A stretch of DNA of 64,000 bases from an uncultured Candidatus Berkelbacteria bacterium (GTDB lineage Bacteria; Patescibacteriota; UBA1384; CAILIB01). The stretch spans positions 5,477 to 69,476 of the forward strand of contig CAILIB010000003.1 in assembly GCA_903834195.1 (NCBI GenBank), written 5' to 3'. The translations under genes were made by a program, and so were the position numbers. The notes below the pieces were generated by a model that saw only the letters and a program-made list of their open reading frames with translations, had not been told where the DNA came from and searched no databases. This document shows, piece after piece, positions 57,685-64,000 of the stretch (position 1 is the stretch's first letter; the number at the start of each line of letters is the position of its first letter).

Positions 57685-57721
57685 CGCTAGAACATACACC
57701 GAACACCCACCAATGAAGAAA

Positions 57722-57747
57722 TTAAAAGAGGGCCGCCGGAGCGACCC
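57722..57747 (-). terminator. Intrinsic terminator separating the upstream ORFan from the mraZ promoter
   Basis: The minus strand has gggtcgc-tccg-gcggccc (7-bp stem including one G-U pair) followed by tcttttaatttctt. Confidence 0.65.
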
Positions 57748-57765
57748 ACTTCCGATTAGATCGAA

Positions 57766-58236
57766 TTATCGACCTGTACTGATTTTTTTCACCTCCCTAT
57801 ATACATGTGAACCTTCGGACATGACCATGCGGTACCTGCTCCGAAGTATCGCACTCGGCATTCTCTGACGCTTCTTACAGGTTTTCAGATGGTCCCGTGA
57901 TCGTGTTAATCTCTCACGATATTTCATCGCCTCTACAGGTATGAGCTCTCTAACAACTCTATCCGCAGCCTTGATGCGCATTTCCGCAACTGTTCTGAAT
58001 AACCCAGTTGCCATCAGGTCCATTGCTATCCTTAGTTCTCTGTATGGCAAACCCTCATGGCTTCGAATCTGTTTTAGCAATTTCTTCAGCTTTGAATACT
58101 GGAAAATATCCTCCTCGGATGCCTGTTCAAAGAAACAGTTACCCATTCGATCGATCATGTTTTCCAAGTGACCAGCATCTCGTTGTAATGCTTTGTAATC
58201 ACAACAACCTGCACCAGTCTTACTTTGTCTAGACAA
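57766..58236 (-). CDS. Hypothetical basic, all-helical protein (ORFan)
   Basis: 156-aa ORF with a TTG start in the track; an internal ATG (MIDRMGNC...) is also possible. It is R/K-rich with no recognised motif and sits between glyQS and mraZ. Confidence 0.4.
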   Translation of the reverse strand: MSRQSKTGAGCCDYKALQRDAGHLENMIDRMGNCFFEQASEEDIFQYSKLKKLLKQIRSHEGLPYRELRIAMDLMATGLFRTVAEMRIKAADRVVRELIPVEAMKYRERLTRSRDHLKTCKKRQRMPSAILRSRYRMVMSEGSHVYREVKKISTGR

Positions 58237-58297
58237 TTAAATCACCCCCAGATGTGACATGGAGTAAAATACCAGAAAATCAGAGTAAGTACAGTCC

Positions 58298-59779
58298 CTA
58301 GAGAACCGTCGAAAGTTCTTCTATCGCAACACGGACCTGTTCCATCGTATCGCGGTCACGAATAGTTACAGTTCCATCTTCAAGGGTTTGGTAATCAATA
58401 GTAATACAACTTGGAGTTCCAATCTCATCCTGACGGCGGTAACGCTTTCCAATTGCTCCAGATTCCTCATACACCGTCATGTAATCAGGTTTCAGCAACG
58501 CAGCAACTTCACGGGCTTTTTCAGCCAGACCATCCTTTTTCATAAGTGGCAGCACAGCCACACGAATAGGTGCAAGATGTTTAGGCAAGTGGAGCACTGT
58601 CTCAAGCTCTCCAGATTGACCATCACGGCCTTCAGGGTACTCTCGGTAGCAATCTATAAGAGTTGTAAGGAGAGCACGTCCTAGCCCCAGTGACGGCTCA
58701 ATCACGTATGGGATGTATTTATCGCGGGTTTCTTCATCAAAATAGGTAAGATCACGACCAGAAGCTACTTGATGCTGAGTTAAGTCATAATCTGTTCGAC
58801 TTGCACAACCCCAGAGCTCGCCCCAGCCACCAAACGGAAAGTCGTATTCAAAATCAACTGTACGCTTGGAATAGTGAGCAATTTCATCTGCCTGGCCTTC
58901 ATAGCGACGCAGCCGTTTTTTCTCAATTCCCAAATCTTCTGTAAGAAATTGCTCCATTGAATCCAGCCAGCTATCAAAGGCCACTTCTTCTTCCCCTGGT
59001 TTCACAAAGTACTCGATTTCCATCTGTTCAAACTCGCGTACTCGGAAAAGCGAATTACCTGTAGTGATTTCGTTGCGAAATGCCTTACCAATTTGAGCAA
59101 TACCAAACGGCAATTTGCGGGGATATGTTTGCAGAACGTTTTTAAAGTTAACAAAGATACCCTGGGCGGTTTCTGGTCGTAAATAGGTTACAGCACCAGC
59201 ATCTTCTACCGGACCAAGCATAGTCTTGAACATCATATTGAACATACGCGGCTCACCAAAGGCTTTTTCAGCACAGTTTGGACAAACCAAATACTTCACC
59301 TGCTCGGTTTCTGGCAAAGGGTTTTCAGTAACATTTAGTTCTTTCCAGGCTTTTTCTGCCTCTTCTGCCGCCCGCTTTTCACCGATCTTGCGATACCCAA
59401 TTGCTGCATCACGCCACCGAATCACAAACACTTCCTGATTTGATTCACCAAGAAAGTGGTCTGAACGAAGCCGAATATGACAATTTGAACATTCAATAAG
59501 TGGGTCAGCAAAAGTATCAACGTGTCCAGAAGCCTTCAAAACAGCCGCTGGAGTTAGTATAGAAGAGTCGAGGCTCAACATATCATCACGGAGCTGAACA
59601 AAACGCCACTGCCAACGTGCTTTAATATTGTTGTTGAGCAGCGTTCCGAGTGGCCCTAAATCATATAATCCACCAGCACCACCATAAATTTCACTGGTCG
59701 GAAATAAAAAGCCACGTCGTTTCAAAAGATTGACGATAGGCTCGAGCGTTTTTGGTGGTTCGGATGGTTTTTGGTTCAT
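58298..59779 (-). CDS. glyQS: Glycine--tRNA ligase (dimeric class II GlyQS type)
   Basis: 493 aa with RRGFLFPTSEIYGG, LRPETAQG, GKAFRNE and REFEQMEIEYF, plus a C-terminal anticodon-binding domain. Confidence 0.95.
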   Translation of the reverse strand: MNQKPSEPPKTLEPIVNLLKRRGFLFPTSEIYGGAGGLYDLGPLGTLLNNNIKARWQWRFVQLRDDMLSLDSSILTPAAVLKASGHVDTFADPLIECSNCHIRLRSDHFLGESNQEVFVIRWRDAAIGYRKIGEKRAAEEAEKAWKELNVTENPLPETEQVKYLVCPNCAEKAFGEPRMFNMMFKTMLGPVEDAGAVTYLRPETAQGIFVNFKNVLQTYPRKLPFGIAQIGKAFRNEITTGNSLFRVREFEQMEIEYFVKPGEEEVAFDSWLDSMEQFLTEDLGIEKKRLRRYEGQADEIAHYSKRTVDFEYDFPFGGWGELWGCASRTDYDLTQHQVASGRDLTYFDEETRDKYIPYVIEPSLGLGRALLTTLIDCYREYPEGRDGQSGELETVLHLPKHLAPIRVAVLPLMKKDGLAEKAREVAALLKPDYMTVYEESGAIGKRYRRQDEIGTPSCITIDYQTLEDGTVTIRDRDTMEQVRVAIEELSTVL

Positions 59780-59872
59780 ATGGCTACAGTAGCAAATATG
59801 CGGTTGTGCGGAAAGTGTCCAGGTATAAAAATAGAGCGGGCCGCATAATCGCGACTCCGCCCCGTGACCGGC

Positions 59873-60442
59873 TCATCCTTTGCAGAGAAATTTCATGAGC
59901 ATTCCTCGTTTTCGAATTTTCCCGTCGGCACCTGGTTTATCGGGAAACGCATCGATCCACTTTCCACCAATCAAAACCTGTTGTTTCAGGTACCACTGCC
60001 GTATACCGCGAGTACCCTCCTTGATTTTGAACTGGAGGAAGAAATCGCAGGCTGTTCCTGGGTGAGATGTAAGCTCACCAGACTTAACTTTCCAGAAGTC
60101 AGAGTTAGCTGGCGTAGATGGTAGCGGGATATCCTGAGGCACCCCATCCAGACCGTCAACACTTTCGATGTGAATTCTTCTGGTCTTTTCGCTCCAGTCC
60201 TGACCACCAGCATTAATGATAGGGAACAACTTCAAGTATAGCTGTCCACTATGAACGATGCTGGACAGTTGAACTTCAAGCGGAAGCTTGGGATCATAAT
60301 CCTTCATCGTTTCTCTGGATGCGTCGAACCGGGCATTGTCAAACGGTAGCGTAGGGGGTGCGTACTTTCTCGACTCAGTCGTTTGGCCAAAGGCGCACTG
60401 TAGCAACGCTACAAAAAGCGCAAAAATAAATATTCGATTCAC
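59873..60442 (-). CDS. Secreted hypothetical protein (ORFan)
   Basis: 189 aa with the signal peptide MNRIFIFALFVALLQCAFGQ. No family recognised. Confidence 0.5.
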   Translation of the reverse strand: MNRIFIFALFVALLQCAFGQTTESRKYAPPTLPFDNARFDASRETMKDYDPKLPLEVQLSSIVHSGQLYLKLFPIINAGGQDWSEKTRRIHIESVDGLDGVPQDIPLPSTPANSDFWKVKSGELTSHPGTACDFFLQFKIKEGTRGIRQWYLKQQVLIGGKWIDAFPDKPGADGKIRKRGMLMKFLCKG

Positions 60443-60515
60443 AAATCACCGCAAGAGCTGTCTCTGACAGATTGCCGAGTAAATATAGCAGAAAATGGCC
60501 TTTAGAGCAACGATC

Positions 60516-61286
60516 TTACTCTACAAAGCGAACTGATTTAAGCGGTTTGCCAATCTGAGTTTGCAAGTAATCAAACACAACTTTAGCCGTCTCTTTGCAG
60601 ACTGCCTCATCCGCCGACAACCTATCGCTAATAAACTCTGGCCGAGCAAATTGTCGCAGTACAACAACTGTTTTTGGATGATCTAAACGCAAAAAGGGGA
60701 ACTGCGATGTTTGAGGCGCGCGCTCACATACCACTCCACCAATCACACTACTCCACCCCACCCAGTGCTGATCCAATGCATCACCCGTAACCGCACAATG
60801 CGATAATTCAGGCTGATACCCCAAAACCGTCAGCATTTTAAAGAGGAGCTCGGCAACAATCAGCTGAAGCCGAATCGGATCAGGGTTAGATTCAGCGCAG
60901 CGACTATGAATACAATCGAGCGTATAAATTAACCCGTCATACACCTCAGGATGCGCTTCACGTTCAACAAAAAGCTTATCCACAGCCTCTGACAAGATTT
61001 CGGCGAACTGTAAAAATAAGAGCGTGTGTTCTGGGTACTGCGCTGCACTTTGCCCACCAATAACCTGCGCCTGAACAATCAAATAACTATTTCCAGCTTC
61101 CACTAACTCAAGCATCGTCGGCACATAGGCAAGTAAGTGCCCAGTTAAGCGAGATGTAGTCCGTCGTACTCCCCGTGCCCGCGCCCATACTTTGCCAAAT
61201 TCTCGAGTAAACAAAAGGTAGGATCGATCAGCATCGAACACATCCGCATCATGCAGAATGATGGCAGCCGTCTTTTTCTCTCTCAT
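60516..61286 (-). CDS. recO: DNA repair protein RecO
   Basis: 256 aa with an N-terminal OB-fold pattern (AIILHDADVFDADRSYLLFTREFGKVWARARGVRR). Length and context next to mutM fit RecO. Confidence 0.75.
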   Translation of the reverse strand: MREKKTAAIILHDADVFDADRSYLLFTREFGKVWARARGVRRTTSRLTGHLLAYVPTMLELVEAGNSYLIVQAQVIGGQSAAQYPEHTLLFLQFAEILSEAVDKLFVEREAHPEVYDGLIYTLDCIHSRCAESNPDPIRLQLIVAELLFKMLTVLGYQPELSHCAVTGDALDQHWVGWSSVIGGVVCERAPQTSQFPFLRLDHPKTVVVLRQFARPEFISDRLSADEAVCKETAKVVFDYLQTQIGKPLKSVRFVE

Positions 61287-61289
61287 AGA

Positions 61290-62159
61290 TTAATGTTGGC
61301 ACTCAGGACAATAATGAGTCGAGCGCCCAGCAACTTTAACCCGTTCTATAGTTCCTTCTAAACACCGTACACACTGCTGTCCGGTTCGGTGATATACCTG
61401 TGCAATCTTGAGGTACGTCCCTTTTTCGCCAATCGCATTCACGTAGTCCTTCTCACTTGAACCACCATAGAGCAATGCAAGTTCAAGAGTTTCACCAATT
61501 GCAGCATGCAAATTGCGCACTTCTCCGGAAGTTAAACTCCCAGAAAGTCGAACCGGCAATATTGCAGCCCGAAACAAACTCTCATCTGCGTAAATATTTC
61601 CCAAACCAGCTATGTTTGTCTGATCCAGTAGAAAAGATTTAATCGGCACACGAGGATGCTTTTTGATCTGTTGCGCGAGGTAATCAGATGTAAATTCTTT
61701 ATCTAATGGCTCAGGTCCAAGTTTCTGAATAAAATGAAGTTCTTCCAAACCCTTTTCATCGAGTACGCTCATCATGCCGAATTTACGCAGATCGTTGAAA
61801 TAAAGCGTTGAGCCATCACTAAAATCAATTACCACATGGGTATGCTTGTGAGGGAGAGGGTCCAAATACCCTTCAGACGGATGTCCGCCCATCACCGCTT
61901 CTTCTGATGCAGATTTAGCCGGTTTCCAGATTAACTGACCAGTCATCTTAAGGTGAACTGTAATTGCATGGCCGTCATCGAGAATAAAAACGAGCAGTTT
62001 GCCATGACGTCGTAACTCACTGATGTAGCGACCAATTACTGCCTCTTCATCGCCAGAAAACATTTTGCTTTCCCGAACAGTAATCTCCTCGATCGTTTTA
62101 CCGATTAAGCGAGGTGCAAGTCCGCGACGAATTGTTTCAACTTCAGGAAGTTCAGGCAT
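61290..62159 (-). CDS. mutM: Formamidopyrimidine-DNA glycosylase
   Basis: The true start is the ATG at 62159, giving MPELPEVETIRRGL. It has an H2TH region and a C-terminal zinc finger CVRC...CPEC. Confidence 0.9.
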   Translation of the reverse strand: MPELPEVETIRRGLAPRLIGKTIEEITVRESKMFSGDEEAVIGRYISELRRHGKLLVFILDDGHAITVHLKMTGQLIWKPAKSASEEAVMGGHPSEGYLDPLPHKHTHVVIDFSDGSTLYFNDLRKFGMMSVLDEKGLEELHFIQKLGPEPLDKEFTSDYLAQQIKKHPRVPIKSFLLDQTNIAGLGNIYADESLFRAAILPVRLSGSLTSGEVRNLHAAIGETLELALLYGGSSEKDYVNAIGEKGTYLKIAQVYHRTGQQCVRCLEGTIERVKVAGRSTHYCPECQH

Positions 62160-63186
62160 GGGTGAGGTACTTTTCAGCTTCATTTAAATAGAGGAGTGCA
62201 GCGAGAACACGGGCAAGTTTTTTAGCATCATGCCGGATAAGTGTACGTGTGGCAGCCAGACGATCTACAGATTCAGGAATGATCGGAGGCTTCGTACTCA
62301 AGAGATTAGCGCCTACTAGCCGATAGGGCAAGCTCTTGCGCCGTTTCACATCCACCTTTACCGGACTACGCTCCATTTCCTTCTTATAAAGATCGAGTAA
62401 CCCAGGTGCTGGCAACCGATTATTATAAATTACATAATCAATTTGTCGCTCTCCAATATACTGCTCTATGAGGGCAGCAAAATCCTGGACTGAAAAAGAG
62501 CCAGTTTGACCTTTTTCGGTCATCAAGTTCACCACATAAGCTATTTTTGCCTTAGTTTTATGGAGCGCTTCACATACACCGTCAACTAATAAGTTTGGAA
62601 TAAGGCTTGTGTAAATACTTCCTGGCGCAATGACAATTAAATCAGCATTTAAAATTACCTGACGCGCCAGAGGGTGTACTGTGCAGGCCGGCTCAATCCA
62701 CAGTTTATTAATATGTTCCTTTTCAGACCACAGATGCTGCTCAATTGCATGCTCACCACTAACCGTTTTACCATCCAGAGTTTGGGCAAATAAGTGCATT
62801 TGATCTGTTGTAACCGGAATTACCTGACCGTTAATTGCCAAAATTTTTCCAGCCTCAAGCACTGCTTGATCAAACTTACCTGTCACCTTTTCAAGTGCTG
62901 ATAGGAGTAAATTACCAAAACTATGCCCTGACAAACTCCCCTCTTTAAAACGATAGTTAAACAGGTCGCGCAAAACTGATGAGTCTGCCGAAAGCGCTAC
63001 CAATGCCTGTCGAAGGTCTCCTGGAGGTAGCACGCCAAGCTCGTCACGTAGAATACCCGTTGAACCGCCATCATCCGCCGTCGAAACAATTGCAGAGATT
63101 TCAAATGGACTATCGCGCAAGGCCTGCAGCACACTAAAAGTTCCGGTCCCGCCACCTATCACAACCACTTTTTTTCGTGAACTCAT
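62152..63186 (-). CDS. YvcK/CofD-family protein (gluconeogenesis factor / 2-phospho-L-lactate transferase-like)
   Basis: 344 aa with KVVVIGGGTGTFSVLQAL and VSTADDGGSTGILRDELGVLPPGDLRQAL. Confidence 0.85.
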   Translation of the reverse strand: MSSRKKVVVIGGGTGTFSVLQALRDSPFEISAIVSTADDGGSTGILRDELGVLPPGDLRQALVALSADSSVLRDLFNYRFKEGSLSGHSFGNLLLSALEKVTGKFDQAVLEAGKILAINGQVIPVTTDQMHLFAQTLDGKTVSGEHAIEQHLWSEKEHINKLWIEPACTVHPLARQVILNADLIVIAPGSIYTSLIPNLLVDGVCEALHKTKAKIAYVVNLMTEKGQTGSFSVQDFAALIEQYIGERQIDYVIYNNRLPAPGLLDLYKKEMERSPVKVDVKRRKSLPYRLVGANLLSTKPPIIPESVDRLAATRTLIRHDAKKLARVLAALLYLNEAEKYLTHA

Positions 63187-63268
63187 TGCAGAAATATCTC
63201 GAGTAAGTTTAACGCTAGTATGCCAGATGTTTTCTTGCTAGGATAGGAGTACAGTAATACCTCGACCT

Positions 63269-63622
63269 ATGAGTGCTTCAGCAAGTCCAACAAGTCCACA
63301 ATACTGGCACGCTCTAATCAACCAGAGCGCAATCCGGTTTTTTATCCTTCGCGCCCTTTGGGACAAGGATTCCTACGGCTATATTCTTTCTAAGGAAATA
63401 GAGGAGTTATCATGGGGATTTTGCACTCCAACAGAGAGCACCCTCTACCCTGCCCTCAACGACCTCGAAAAGCGCGGCCTGATTCACAGTACAAAAACCA
63501 CTGCCAATTCTCGTACCCGCAAGGTGTACCATATTACCGAATCTGGTAAATTAGCCTTTCGTACCGCCGCCAAAACCTGGGGTGATATTATTCCTGCTAT
63601 TCGCAAGGCAACTACGTTATAA
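63269..63622 (+). CDS. PadR-family transcriptional regulator
   Basis: 117 aa with FFILRALWDKDSYGYILSKEIEE...TLYPALNDLEKRGLI...RKVYHITESG. Confidence 0.85.
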   Translation: MSASASPTSPQYWHALINQSAIRFFILRALWDKDSYGYILSKEIEELSWGFCTPTESTLYPALNDLEKRGLIHSTKTTANSRTRKVYHITESGKLAFRTAAKTWGDIIPAIRKATTL

Positions 63623-63628
63623 AAAAAT

Positions 63629-63652
63629 GGACCACCCTAGCTAGGGCGGTCC
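63629..63652. terminator. Hairpin between convergent genes (bidirectional terminator candidate)
   Basis: ggaccaccctag/ctagggcggtcc is a near-perfect 12-bp palindrome with an A run upstream. Confidence 0.55.
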
Positions 63653-63660
63653 ACGGTGGC

Positions 63661-63966
63661 TCAATTTCGTCTGATGTGAAATCGAGCCTCAATTCCTTTT
63701 AACCGAGAATCCGGTTCTAGATCCCAGGAAACTACTGGTTTCATGGGAACTTGAATGACTTTTTTTCTTGGTTTTCGGATATTCACCAGAGTCTCGTATA
63801 TGATGAGTGGGCTTAGTATAATTCCAGTAAGGAAGATAACTAGTCCAAAAAGCCCAACAAGCCAATCCCAGATTTGGGGTTGGTAGGACTCCAAGTCCTG
63901 CATAGCCTCTGGTGGGTGGATATTACTCCACCAAGCCGAGATTGGAATTGCCGAAAACTTAATCAA
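63661..63966 (-). CDS. Small membrane protein (hypothetical)
   Basis: 101-aa ORF with a TTG start in the track and one TM helix (WLVGLFGLVIFLTGIILSPLII). It is close to the window edge. Confidence 0.35.
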   Translation of the reverse strand: MIKFSAIPISAWWSNIHPPEAMQDLESYQPQIWDWLVGLFGLVIFLTGIILSPLIIYETLVNIRKPRKKVIQVPMKPVVSWDLEPDSRLKGIEARFHIRRN

Positions 63967-64000
63967 GAAATTTGCGATGAAAAAACTTGAAAGAATTAAC

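Noticed and set aside
57598-57699. N-terminal 34-codon extension of mraZ given by the track; similar extensions exist for apbE (16599), mutM (62183), PBP1A (38658), tyrS (38704), ftsW (51259) and the cupin (32754)
   Set aside because: The extensions run through promoter/operator sequences or overlap upstream genes. Conserved family N-termini (MFIGEH.., MPELPEVE.., and so on) begin at internal ATGs.

Overview
This is a gene-dense window (about 90% coding) with short or overlapping gene junctions. By gene content it looks like a small-genome, CPR/Patescibacteria-like bacterium, possibly Saccharibacteria-like; that is an inference, not a database result. TGA is used as a normal stop. I recognise no rRNA, tRNA, CRISPR array, transposase or integrase.

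Layout:
- 1-6450: F-type ATP synthase operon (atpB' E F H A G, a beta-lactamase-fold serine hydrolase, then atpD C). The hydrolase sits between gamma and beta, and the delta subunit is unusually short.
- 6.4-14 kb, minus strand: a cysteine-poor photolyase-related protein, a 624-aa surface protein, a polyprenyl synthase, a cysteine-free MutY-like glycosylase and a DEAD-box helicase.
- 14-20 kb, plus strand: NUDIX, galE, then a compact flavinylation module (exported FMN-binding protein, ApbE, RnfD/NqrB-like::FNR fusion), followed by an NMN-adenylyltransferase-like gene and a membrane-anchored M15 peptidase.
- 20-33 kb: accessory-looking region. It holds an HxlR/SnoaL pair, a locally GC-rich two-gene insert, several GNATs, idi coupled to a small HExxH protein, a TauD-like protein, a stand-alone GGDEF protein, a kinase-NUDIX-methyltransferase operon ending in a decayed HAD pseudogene, a DMT transporter and a cupin.
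- 33-43 kb: an 806-aa membrane protein, argS, tyrS, a PBP1A with a long C-terminal extension, and radA.
- 43-57.7 kb, minus strand: recJ plus a dcw cluster (mraZ, ftsL-like, ftsI, murF, mraY, murD, ftsW, murG, murC, murB, a degenerate murB paralog, ftsQ). It has a clear MraZ-box operator and lacks rsmH, murE, ddl and ftsAZ.
- 57.7-64 kb: two ORFans, glyQS, recO, mutM, a yvcK-like gene and padR.

The best candidate for a novel system is the three-gene flavin-based transmembrane electron-transfer module at 16.0-18.9 kb. Other notable items are the tandem MurB/pseudo-MurB pair, the hydrolase embedded in the atp operon, and two normally Fe-S-dependent DNA-repair families that lack their cluster cysteines here. 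All functional calls rest on motif recognition by eye; no searches were run.
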